Below, one piece after another: positions 28,354 through 37,545 of a stretch of DNA of 47,467 bases. The notes below the pieces were generated by a model. It did no database searches. It was given only the letters and a program-made list of their open reading frames with translations, and had not been told where the DNA came from. Numbering within the stretch: position 1 is the first letter of the stretch; each line of letters opens with the position of its first letter. The stretch is from the NCBI GenBank assembly GCA_051657245.1, contig JBOFKI010000005.1:1-47467 (forward strand), in the 5' to 3' direction. The position numbers were made by a program, and so were the translations under genes. This DNA is from Alphaproteobacteria bacterium. GTDB taxonomy: Bacteria > Pseudomonadota > Alphaproteobacteria > Holosporales > JBOFFI01.

Positions 28354-28487
28354 ATGGTATAAATAAGGGCATAGGACTGGAATGGGGCGGCGAGAACTTT
28401 TCATGGAGTGGGGATTTTTTAAACGCTTTGCTTGGATTTTATCAATTTTGGGCCTTTTATGGTGGGCGATTGAAAGGGTCTTATAGC

Positions 28488-29288
28488 ATGAAACGTTCCC
28501 AGAGCAGATGGCACCGTTTTTTTTCTTCTTCCCATGAAAGTTCTCCCGAAGCGTCTGGTATTTTTCTCAAAAAATTAACTGTCTTTCGCCAACAAGTTCC
28601 CATCATTCAAAATCTTTCTGTTAAAATACCCCTAGGTTCATTAGTTGCAGTTGCCGGCCCCAATGGAGGAGGAAAATCGACCTTGCTCGACACCCTCGCG
28701 GATCCGAGCCATCTCCATTGGAAAGGTACCCTTAATCGAGGAAATTTTAACAAAAAATCGATCAGCTATCTGCCCCAGCGGTCTGGGATGCAGCGCCTGT
28801 TTCCTTTAACTGTTAAAGATGTTGTGTTGGGGGGGCTTTGGCATGAACTAGGCCTTTTCAGGCCTATGAAAACAGAGCACCAAGACCGTGTTTGTGACGC
28901 GCTAAAATTAGTGGGCCTTTTACGTTATGCGGATCATACCATGAATCAGCTTTCAGGCGGACAGTTTCAGCGCGTTCTTTTTGCACGGCTGGCGGTACAA
29001 CAGGGTGACTTTTTGCTTTTAGATGAACCGTTTAATGGTGTTGACTATAAAACCCAAGAAGATCTTTTGAGTCTTATCCAGCAATGGCATGGAGAAGGCA
29101 AGACCATTCTAGCTGTGATTCATGACCTTGAATTGGTCGAACGTTTTTTCCCTAAAACCCTCTTGCTCGCCAGAAATTATGCTGTTTTTGGTCTGACCCA
29201 AGAGGTTCTTCAGCCTTCTTGCCGGGAAGAGGCGCTGCATCGCGCTTTGGCCTGGGAAGGAAGCCTATGTTGCCGAGAATTTAGCTAA
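28488..29288 (+). CDS. Metal (Zn/Mn) ABC transporter ATP-binding protein, ZnuC-like
   Basis: Walker A GPNGGGKST, signature LSGGQFQRV and Walker B LLLDEP. The start is taken at MKRSQ (28488); the ORF remains open upstream to 28428. Confidence 0.8.
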   Translation: MKRSQSRWHRFFSSSHESSPEASGIFLKKLTVFRQQVPIIQNLSVKIPLGSLVAVAGPNGGGKSTLLDTLADPSHLHWKGTLNRGNFNKKSISYLPQRSGMQRLFPLTVKDVVLGGLWHELGLFRPMKTEHQDRVCDALKLVGLLRYADHTMNQLSGGQFQRVLFARLAVQQGDFLLLDEPFNGVDYKTQEDLLSLIQQWHGEGKTILAVIHDLELVERFFPKTLLLARNYAVFGLTQEVLQPSCREEALHRALAWEGSLCCREFS

Positions 29289-29299
29289 AGATTTTAAAG

Positions 29300-31075
29300 A
29301 TGATTGACCTGTTAACACATTTATACGCCCTCCTTTGGAAACCGTTTGCTGATTTTCTTTTTTTGCAGCGTGCCCTTGTGGGTTGTCTTGCATTATCATT
29401 AAGCTGTGGTCCTGTGGGCGTTTTTCTCATCTTGCGGCGCATGAGCCTTATTGGGGATGCCCTTTCCCATGGATTACTTCCAGGGGTAGCTCTCGCCTTT
29501 TTCTTTTATGGTTTTGCGATGTTGCCCATGACAATTGGGGGAATGGTGGCCGGTTTGTTGGTGGCTTTGCTAGCAGGGGTTGCCTCTCGCAATACCCTTC
29601 TCAATGAAGATGCAGCATTTGCAGGTTTTTACCTCATCTCCATGGCGTTGGGTGTTTTGCTGATGTCTCTCCATGGCAGCCAAGTAGATCTTATGCATGT
29701 TTTATTTGGAACAGTGCTTTCTATTACCTCGCCTACTTTACTCTTGCTAGGAACTGTTACAACTATCACGCTCATCCTATTTGCCATCATTTATCGTTCC
29801 TTGGTGTTGGAATGTTTTGATCCCCAATTTTTTAGAGCCATGAGTGGTAAGGGCGCTTGGATTCATTTTTTGTTCCTTATGCTTGTCACCCTTAACCTGG
29901 TCGCAGCCTTCCAGGCTTTAGGAACCCTCATGGCGTTGGGTATTTTGCTGTTACCAGCCATAACGGCGCGTCTTTTGTGCCGACAGGTTTGGCATTTGTG
30001 CGTTGTGGCCGTTGGGATTGCGTGTCTTTCCAGTTATGTAGGTCTTCTATTTTCCTACCATTTTGCTTGGCCTTCAGGCCCCTCCATTGTTTTGGTAGCC
30101 GGTTTATTTTATGGTTTAGGATTGATGCGTGTGATGCTTCCCCGTTTGCTAAAACCTGCTTTTGTCGCTGGAATACTCCTTTGCTTCCCCCAAATGGGTT
30201 GGGCAGGGGATCCTCACCCTTCTAAACCAAAGGTGGTGGTCAGCTTTAGTATTTTAAAAGATTTCGTTTATCAAATTGCAGGGGAGAGGGTACAGATAGA
30301 CAGCTTGGTTGGCCCGAATGCGGATGCGCATGTTTATGAACCCCGTCCCCAAGACGTTCAAAAAATCCAAGAAGCAGATTTAATCATTTTAAATGGGTTT
30401 GGTTTTGAGCGGTGGATGAAACAGCTTTTGTTAGCATCCGGCTATCAGGGGGTTGTTATTACCGCTTCTGACGGGGTTCCGCCGCGCTGTTTGGACGCTG
30501 GGGGAGGAAATAAAGCTATAGACCCCCACGCTTGGCATAATGTTCGCTATGCCCAGATTTATGTTAGCAACATCGCCCAAGGCCTTGAGCACATTTTCCC
30601 TTCGCATCATAAGGTATTTTCACAAAATGCGCAGCGTTACCACAGGCGCTTAAAAGCGTTGGACCAGTGGATCCACAAAATGCTTCAAGCAGTTCCGTTG
30701 GAGCGCCGGCGCGTCCTCACGAATCATGACGGATTTGGCTATTTAGGGGATGCTTATGGTATTCATTTTGTGTCTCCTTTGGGTTTAAGCACCGAAGGCG
30801 AAGCTTCTGCTCAGGTAGTAGCTTCTCTCATTTCCCAAGCACGGCAAGCAAACATTACAGCTTGTTTCTTCGAAAACATCTCCAACCCGTGCCTGGTGGA
30901 ACAAATCGCGAAAGAAGGAGAGTTGACCATAGGTGGCCAACTCTATTCAGATGCGCTTTCTTCCTCCACAGAGCCCGCTTCGACCTACGAAGCTATGATG
31001 CATTACAATGTGGAGCGACTTGTGCGAGGCATGCTCGCTGATTCTGCCGAATCTTCTACTTTGTCTGGAACATAA
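29300..31075 (+). CDS. In-frame fusion of an ABC-3 metal permease (ZnuB/TroC-like, about aa 1-275) with a cluster-9 metal-binding protein (ZnuA/TroA-like, about aa 276-591)
   Basis: The N-terminal half is polytopic (SLIGDALSHGLLPGVAL...). The C-terminal half has VVVSFSILKDFV...NADAHVYEPRPQD...DPHAWHN...TNHDGFGYL. An internal in-frame ATG at 30125 opens a signal-peptide-like stretch, MRVMLPRLLKPAFVAGILLCFPQMGWA. Confidence 0.8.
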   Translation: MIDLLTHLYALLWKPFADFLFLQRALVGCLALSLSCGPVGVFLILRRMSLIGDALSHGLLPGVALAFFFYGFAMLPMTIGGMVAGLLVALLAGVASRNTLLNEDAAFAGFYLISMALGVLLMSLHGSQVDLMHVLFGTVLSITSPTLLLLGTVTTITLILFAIIYRSLVLECFDPQFFRAMSGKGAWIHFLFLMLVTLNLVAAFQALGTLMALGILLLPAITARLLCRQVWHLCVVAVGIACLSSYVGLLFSYHFAWPSGPSIVLVAGLFYGLGLMRVMLPRLLKPAFVAGILLCFPQMGWAGDPHPSKPKVVVSFSILKDFVYQIAGERVQIDSLVGPNADAHVYEPRPQDVQKIQEADLIILNGFGFERWMKQLLLASGYQGVVITASDGVPPRCLDAGGGNKAIDPHAWHNVRYAQIYVSNIAQGLEHIFPSHHKVFSQNAQRYHRRLKALDQWIHKMLQAVPLERRRVLTNHDGFGYLGDAYGIHFVSPLGLSTEGEASAQVVASLISQARQANITACFFENISNPCLVEQIAKEGELTIGGQLYSDALSSSTEPASTYEAMMHYNVERLVRGMLADSAESSTLSGT

Positions 31076-31292
31076 TATCTTCGTTGAAACCTCCCCGTGG
31101 TGCTCCTGTCCTGTTGGAAGGGCTGATATTTGGAACTGGATCCGTTGGCGTTTGGGGGCGCTCTATTTGAAAATCTCCGAAAGGCCTTACCGGACGTGGA
31201 TCATCTTTTTTATCCGTAATTGCTGCAGAAGCAGTTCTGACAACATTCACCAGAATTAAAAAAATTAACGAAATTTTTTGTGCCTTTTCCAT
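31056..31292 (-). CDS. Small proline-rich secreted hypothetical protein
   Basis: 78 aa. A strong SD (aaggagg) lies 8 nt upstream of the ATG. The N-terminus is signal-like (ISLIFLILVNVVRTASA). The 3' end overlaps the convergent upstream gene by 20 nt. Confidence 0.4.
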   Translation of the reverse strand: MEKAQKISLIFLILVNVVRTASAAITDKKDDPRPVRPFGDFQIERPQTPTDPVPNISPSNRTGAPRGGFNEDIMFQTK

Positions 31293-31485
31293 CGCATTAT
31301 TCCTCCTTTTTTTCGAAAAACCATCAAAAAAACTAAATCATGAGGCTATGCTTATTCTTAATTATTATCACCACAATCTTTACAAAAATAGTCTATATGG
31401 AAAATCTTAAAAAAGAGATAAAATGAAAAAAGTGTAAAATTTTGCAAGAACCTGTCCTCATAAATGAGCGCGCCCGCGCCCTTTC

Positions 31486-31665
31486 TTATCATCCCCCTGT
31501 GTTGTGTCATCCCTGCCCCCCTGGTGTTGTGTCATCCCCGCGTAGGCGGGAATCCAGACAAATCCTATCACCTGGAACTTCTACTGAAGCGTCATTTTTT
31601 TAGATTTTTCCTGGATCCCCGCCTACGCGGGGATGACAAAAAGAAAAGGCACAGGGATGACAAAA
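31486..31665. repeat. MITE-like nested palindromic element
   Basis: gtcatccccgcgtaggcgggaatccag (31531..31557) matches the reverse complement of ctggatccccgcctacgcggggatgac (31611..31637) at 26 of 27 positions. Additional outer tcatccc / gggatga half-sites occur at 31489, 31506, 31630 and 31654. Confidence 0.7.
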
Positions 31666-31862
31666 GGTGCTTATTTTTTTACGCCCTAAATACGCACTCT
31701 TTTTTAGGCCTGCTTGAAAAATTTAGGAAACCGCTACTGAAACCCACTCCAAAAAACTTGCTACGGCTGCTTTCTTCCGAATCTGACCGGATTCACAAGG
31801 AGAGCGTCCCCAGGCGATTTCCCACAACTTGTATAACAAATTCTTTGCCCAATGCATAGATT

Positions 31863-33416
31863 TTATTTTTGCACTTGGTAAAAACGTGTCAAAGGTATGT
31901 TCAACCATTTTGTAAAGAAAAAGAAGAGGATGATACCTTCCGCAATCAAGAAAAAAGTTCCCAAAATCCTACTAAAAGAGGGGGTTTCTAAGCAACAAGT
32001 CAGTAAAATTTGGGTTCCTTGGAGGACAACAACGGTCAGCACGCACACGACTGATAACCTTAAGAAAAATCTACCCGAAGCAGCTGTAATTCCGAGGGTT
32101 CCACGCTTAGCTAAGATCACAGCCAATAAAACCGCATCCACCCACGCAGCTCCAGATGTTGCCAAAGCAATCCCTACGTGATGCCAAACTCCCATGAGGG
32201 CAAGACTTAACCCAAGGTCAACGATGATACTACAGGCCCCTGCCCACAGAGGCGTTTTGGTATCCCCCTCGGCAAAAAAGCGGCTGCTCAGCACTTTGGC
32301 GATCACGTAAGCGGGCAATCCAAGGGCATAAGCTCTTAATGTTTTTGCGGTTTCTAGCGTGTCAGTCGCTTTAAAAGCACCATGTTCAAAAATACTCGCA
32401 ACCAATGGTTTAGCAAACAGCAGCAAACACAGCATAGAAGGCAAGCTAAAAAAAAGTGATAATTCTATGGCCATCAATTGGCTTGTTTGGGCTTGTTCAA
32501 ATTGGTTGGAGCGAATTTGTTTGGATAGCATAGGGAGTAACACGGTGCTCACTGTAACCCCAATGACACTTAAAGGCAGCTGATTAAGACGATCAGCGAA
32601 CCCTAGATAGGCGATGCTCCCAACAGGCAACCAAGACGCTATAAACATTCCCAAAAATAAATTGACATTGCTGATGCCAGAACCCAAGGCTGCAGGCCCC
32701 ATTTTTAAAAAAAAATTTCTCAAATGAGGGGTCCATTGTGGACGAACAAGCTTCAAAAAAAAACCAATTTTCCAAGCAGGAACCATGACCCAAAGCAGCT
32801 GGGCCAAACCAGAAAGCCCGATGGTAAGGGCAAATATATAGCCTGGTTTTGAAACGGACGTATGCATTCCTAAAACAAACCCTACAATAAAAATATTACC
32901 TATCAGGGGGGACGAAGCAACTGCTGCAAAGCGTTCGAGAGAATTTAAAACCCCCCCATAGAGGGCTGTCAGAGAAATGAAAAGGATGAAAGGGAAAGTA
33001 ACCCGAGTGAACTGGATCAGATAATCCATCCGTTCTGGGGTTTTAACAAAACCAGGCAAGAGCACAGGCATAATTTCTGGCAAAAAAATCTCAACCAGCA
33101 AAACAAGCAGAACCAGAACCGTCAGGAGAAGGGTAAAGGCATGTTCCGCAAAAGTTTTGGCCTCTTCTGTTTTCCCCGAGGCCAGAAGGCCAGAAAAAAT
33201 GGGCACAAAACAGGCGTTAAAAGCTCCTTCTGCAAATAATCTTCGAAAAAATGCAGGAAGACGTACAGAAAGAGAGAGTGCATCTGTAACAGCCCCAGCT
33301 CCTAAAAAAGAGGCTGTAAGAAGCTCTCGAACAAACCCACCTAAACGACTAAGAATCGTGTAACTACTTACGGTAAAAATAGACCGAAAAAAAGACATAA
33401 GGCGCGTCTTCCCCAA
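31863..33416 (-). CDS. murJ: Lipid II flippase MurJ (MviN)
   Basis: 517-aa polytopic protein with the N-terminal SRLGGFVRELLTASFLGAG...DA pattern typical of MurJ. Confidence 0.9.
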   Translation of the reverse strand: MGKTRLMSFFRSIFTVSSYTILSRLGGFVRELLTASFLGAGAVTDALSLSVRLPAFFRRLFAEGAFNACFVPIFSGLLASGKTEEAKTFAEHAFTLLLTVLVLLVLLVEIFLPEIMPVLLPGFVKTPERMDYLIQFTRVTFPFILFISLTALYGGVLNSLERFAAVASSPLIGNIFIVGFVLGMHTSVSKPGYIFALTIGLSGLAQLLWVMVPAWKIGFFLKLVRPQWTPHLRNFFLKMGPAALGSGISNVNLFLGMFIASWLPVGSIAYLGFADRLNQLPLSVIGVTVSTVLLPMLSKQIRSNQFEQAQTSQLMAIELSLFFSLPSMLCLLLFAKPLVASIFEHGAFKATDTLETAKTLRAYALGLPAYVIAKVLSSRFFAEGDTKTPLWAGACSIIVDLGLSLALMGVWHHVGIALATSGAAWVDAVLLAVILAKRGTLGITAASGRFFLRLSVVCVLTVVVLQGTQILLTCCLETPSFSRILGTFFLIAEGIILFFFFTKWLNIPLTRFYQVQK

Positions 33417-33556
33417 CGATAAATAGTCTCACCAAGGGTCCAGTTTACAGCTTTTATAGAATATTTCAAGGGATGATAAGGGAAATTGACGCTTGCACCG
33501 TCTTTTCAAGTGGCTTAGCATCACCGTTTGCCAGAAGTCGATGGAGACAAACAAGT

Positions 33557-34642
33557 CTACATTGCAGGTAAAAATTTAAAAGGAATTGCTGGTTTTAAGA
33601 AAGAAGAAATTTCCCCAGAATAAACCTGTCCTTTGGCCATGTCCAACTTCAATACCGGAGCCCCTTCAGCAAAATTCAATTTACGTAAATCAACCCAAAA
33701 TGTGTTGGGGCGTGTTGAAGAATCGAAGTAGTAAACTAAATTTTTTTGATCAGCGATGGTGCGCCAAAGGGTAGAGGCAATATTGGGTTCATTAGGCGTT
33801 GTAATGCCCAGAGGTACGCTAACGGATCGAATAACACTTAGCACACTTGCAACGGCTTGGTTATCATAAGTTTGGCTTGGGACACTTTGAATCAGATTTT
33901 TATCAACGGCCTGCGGAATGGCGCCAATATAAAACGAAGTTCGAGCAAACCGGTCTGCAGCTCGGTTCGTTCCTGGCAAAAAGACACTCCCGCCAATTTT
34001 TTTCCAATATGCATCTAATGCAAGCTGCTCATCATATAAAGGTGAGTTGGTCATCACCTTATATTTCTTATCATGGTAAATGATAAGCTCACCTTTGACA
34101 TATTGAAAAATAGCTGAATCACCTGTGGAATCCGACAGGGATAGGTGTAAACTGCTGGCTGCCCCATTAGGCAAAGTAGGCGCCACAATCTGGAAAGGTC
34201 TTGTTTTCATTGCAGCAACAGCTTCCGCGACCGTAGCAAAATTGTCCAGTGCATACTGTCCCCAAAGGCTGATAGACAAGCGTGGGCGAGCAGGAGAGGC
34301 TGTGCCATAGTCAGATTCTGCCAGGTAAAGCAAATTCATAACTAATCCCTTTTCATTCATGCCATCAGCACTACCGACATTATAGCCTGCGGTGATGACG
34401 CTGCCATATTTTGCTTTCCATTGCGCTGAACCTGTGCCTGCTTCACCAGTGCGTTCAATGCCTCTAGGAAGGACCCAGATTTCCGATCCCATGTATTCGT
34501 TCCAATCCATGGAGCGGCCCGTAATGACCACATTATCTGAGCCAGTAAACAGGGCTCTGGTACAAGCATGGAGAGGCTCTGAAACCAGCATGCTTAAACC
34601 GGCAACACCTAGCATTAATTTTAATGTTTTAAATCTCTTCAT
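33557..34642 (-). CDS. Secreted Ntn-hydrolase of the choloylglycine hydrolase / penicillin V acylase family
   Basis: A signal peptide (MKRFKTLKLMLGVAGLSMLVSEPLHA) is followed directly by CTRAL (the N-terminal Cys nucleophile) and GRSMDW. The start is set at 34642, not 34720. Confidence 0.8.
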   Translation of the reverse strand: MKRFKTLKLMLGVAGLSMLVSEPLHACTRALFTGSDNVVITGRSMDWNEYMGSEIWVLPRGIERTGEAGTGSAQWKAKYGSVITAGYNVGSADGMNEKGLVMNLLYLAESDYGTASPARPRLSISLWGQYALDNFATVAEAVAAMKTRPFQIVAPTLPNGAASSLHLSLSDSTGDSAIFQYVKGELIIYHDKKYKVMTNSPLYDEQLALDAYWKKIGGSVFLPGTNRAADRFARTSFYIGAIPQAVDKNLIQSVPSQTYDNQAVASVLSVIRSVSVPLGITTPNEPNIASTLWRTIADQKNLVYYFDSSTRPNTFWVDLRKLNFAEGAPVLKLDMAKGQVYSGEISSFLKPAIPFKFLPAM

Positions 34643-34866
34643 GTCGGATCCTTGAAAAATAATTTTGATAATACATTGTAAAATAAAGAAGTTTAATATT
34701 TTCCTAATGAATGATATCAAATTGGGGTTAAGTCAGCTTTGCAGATTGAAGAGAGGCAATTTTTTTGATATTCCTAGACAAGCGTGCAACTTGTTTCTAG
34801 AAACGGACGCTGTGAGGCTTTTCAAAGCCTATCCCAAAACCTGTTAAACCTACATTTGGTAAACTG

Positions 34867-37545
34867 ATGATGAAAAGCCACGATATACGACAAGCGTTTC
34901 TTTCCTACTTTGCGAAACATGGACATACGGTTGTTCCCTCAAGCCCTTTGGTTCCTCACCAAGATCCTTCTTTATTGTTTACCAGTGCTGGAATGGTTCC
35001 TTTTAAGCAACTTTTCACAGGAGAAGAAACCCGCGCTTATGTTCGGGCTGCCAGTTCCCAAAAATGTTTGCGAGCAGGAGGCAAGCACAATGATTTGGAG
35101 AATGTAGGCTATACCCCCAGGCATCACACCTTTTTTGAGATGTTGGGGAATTTTTCTTTTGGGGATTATTTTAAAGAGGAAGCCATTGTCTTGGCTTGGG
35201 AGCTATTGACCCAAGTTTTTCAACTCCCCAAAGAACGCTTGTGGGTTACCGTTTATGCAGAAGATGAAGAAGCTTTTGAGTTATGGCAAAAGGTTGCGGG
35301 CCTTTCCCAAGATCGTATTTTAAAAATTTCTACCAGTGACAATTTTTGGTCCATGGGGGACACAGGCCCATGCGGTCCCTGCTCAGAGATTTTTTACGAC
35401 CATGGCGACCATCTACCAGGAGGGCTTCCCGGCACTCCTGAACAAGACGGAGATCGCTTTGTGGAGATCTGGAACCTCGTTTTTATGCAATATGAACAAC
35501 AGGCCCCAGATCAACGCGTCAACCTTCCCAAGCCCTCCATCGACACAGGCATGGGACTTGAGCGCATCGCCGCAGTTTTACAACAGGTGCATGACAATTA
35601 TGAGACAGACGTTCTGAAAGCCCTTGTTGAAGCCTCAGCAGACCTCACCCGCCACCCTGCCACAGGAGTGCCCCTCTTCTCTCACCGAATTATCGCAGAC
35701 CACCTGCGGGCTGGGTGTTTTCTCATTGCAGACGGCGTCTTGCCCACCAATGAAGGGCGCGGCTATGTTTTGCGAAGAATTTTGAGGCGCGCCATGCGCC
35801 ACGCCTATCAACTGGGCGCCCAAGACCCCCTGATGCCGCGTTTAGCGCCCGAGCTCATCACCCTCATGGGAGCTGCCTATCCAGAGCTCTCCCGGGCCCA
35901 AGCGCTTATTGTGCAAACCTTAGATTTGGAAGAACGTCGCTTCCAGCAAACCCTTGAGCGAGGTCTTCGATTGTTGGAAGAGGAAACACAGCGCCTCAAC
36001 GCAGGTCAGGTCCTTCCAGGAGAGGTTGCCTTCAAGCTTTATGACACCTACGGCTTTCCGGTGGATTTAACTGAATCCATCTTAAGAGAAAAACAGCTTT
36101 CCCTGGACACCCTTAGCTTTCAAGACGCGATGGCCCGCCAAAAAGCAGAAGCAAGGGCTTCCTGGGCTGGCTCCGGTGAAACAGCAACGCTCCCCATCTA
36201 TGCAGATCTCCGCCATAAACATGGAAGTACTGAATTTTTAGGCTATACCTGTGAAACAACCCAAGCGGTCGTTCAGGCCTTGCTGAAAGAAGGAATCCTT
36301 GTCGACAAAGCAGGCCCCGGGGAACAAGTCACCCTCCTTACCAACCAAACCCCTTTTTATGGTGAATCAGGTGGGCAAATGGGAGACACAGGCCACGCAT
36401 CTTTTGGAAAGGATGGAGTTGTAGAGATTATCCAAACGCGAAACATTCACAATCTCTACCTCCACGAAGGTAAGATCAAAACAGGAACTTTAATTCCTAG
36501 CCAAGATATAACCCTCGTCGTAGACAGCGCCCGTCGATCAAATCTGCGGCGTAACCATTCAGCCACCCACCTCCTGCACAGCGCGTTGCGTAAGTGCTTG
36601 GGAACCCACGTCACCCAAAAAGGCTCCCTGGTTGCCCCTGATAAGCTTCGTTTTGACTTTAGCCATCCTATCCCTTTAACGCCTCAAGAGCTTTTGCAGG
36701 TGGAGCAGTATGTGAACCAACAAATTCGCACTAACACAGACGTAGAAACACGGCTGATGACTCCGGAGCAAGCCATTGAACAAGGCGCTCTCGCGCTTTT
36801 TGGGGAAAAATATGGCGAAGAAGTCCGGGTAATCTCCATGGGGGACCAGCCAGAAGCTGGCCCTGTATTTTCCGTTGAATTATGTGGTGGCACCCATGTT
36901 CGCCGAACCGGCGATATCGGCGCATTCAAGATTGTCCAAGAAACAGGCATTGCTTCAGGGGTGCGACGCATCGAAGCCCTCACGGGAGAAGGCGTTGATG
37001 CCTACCTCCACACCCAAGAGCGCTTAGTAAAAGATTGCGCGAACCTTTTAAAAACAACCCCAGATAGTGCTTTACCAGAAAAGCTTGCCCAAATTTTGGA
37101 AACAGCTCGGCGTTTTGAAAAAGAAGCGTCTCACCTGCGCCAACAGCTTGCTTCAGGTATCACTCAGCAAACAACAGAAGCCAAAGAGCTTTTGGGGAAG
37201 CTATCTGGAGAGCGTCCTGTTCATTGGATCTTCCGCTGTGTGGAGGATCTTTCTTCCAAAGAGATGAAAACCGTTGTAGACCAGATGAAACAACAGGTTG
37301 ATTCAGGAATCGCGGTTTTATTAAGCCAACAAGGAGATAAAGCCTCTGTAGTGGTGGGGATTTCAGAGTCTCTAACGCCAGAGCTGGATGCTGCTGCTTT
37401 CGCTAAACAAGCTGCCATATTGTTGGGAGGGCAAGGTGGAGGCGGGCGCCGGGACCTTGCCCAGGCAGGAGGCGGCAGATCGCCTGACCCTCAAAAGTTT
37501 GAAGCAGCCCTGAAGGATCAGGCTAAAAATCTTATTTTAAACTAA
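34867..37545 (+). CDS. alaS: Alanine--tRNA ligase
   Basis: 892 aa with HHTFFEMLGNFSFGDYFK, the editing-domain HSATHLLH...CGGTH and a C-terminal DHHA1-like GGGG region. Confidence 0.97.
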   Translation: MMKSHDIRQAFLSYFAKHGHTVVPSSPLVPHQDPSLLFTSAGMVPFKQLFTGEETRAYVRAASSQKCLRAGGKHNDLENVGYTPRHHTFFEMLGNFSFGDYFKEEAIVLAWELLTQVFQLPKERLWVTVYAEDEEAFELWQKVAGLSQDRILKISTSDNFWSMGDTGPCGPCSEIFYDHGDHLPGGLPGTPEQDGDRFVEIWNLVFMQYEQQAPDQRVNLPKPSIDTGMGLERIAAVLQQVHDNYETDVLKALVEASADLTRHPATGVPLFSHRIIADHLRAGCFLIADGVLPTNEGRGYVLRRILRRAMRHAYQLGAQDPLMPRLAPELITLMGAAYPELSRAQALIVQTLDLEERRFQQTLERGLRLLEEETQRLNAGQVLPGEVAFKLYDTYGFPVDLTESILREKQLSLDTLSFQDAMARQKAEARASWAGSGETATLPIYADLRHKHGSTEFLGYTCETTQAVVQALLKEGILVDKAGPGEQVTLLTNQTPFYGESGGQMGDTGHASFGKDGVVEIIQTRNIHNLYLHEGKIKTGTLIPSQDITLVVDSARRSNLRRNHSATHLLHSALRKCLGTHVTQKGSLVAPDKLRFDFSHPIPLTPQELLQVEQYVNQQIRTNTDVETRLMTPEQAIEQGALALFGEKYGEEVRVISMGDQPEAGPVFSVELCGGTHVRRTGDIGAFKIVQETGIASGVRRIEALTGEGVDAYLHTQERLVKDCANLLKTTPDSALPEKLAQILETARRFEKEASHLRQQLASGITQQTTEAKELLGKLSGERPVHWIFRCVEDLSSKEMKTVVDQMKQQVDSGIAVLLSQQGDKASVVVGISESLTPELDAAAFAKQAAILLGGQGGGGRRDLAQAGGGRSPDPQKFEAALKDQAKNLILN

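Noticed and set aside
31464-31859. 131-aa plus-strand ORF
   Set aside because: It reads straight through the palindromic MITE-like element (31486..31665). It has no RBS, and its sequence is dictated by the repeat, so it is most likely spurious.
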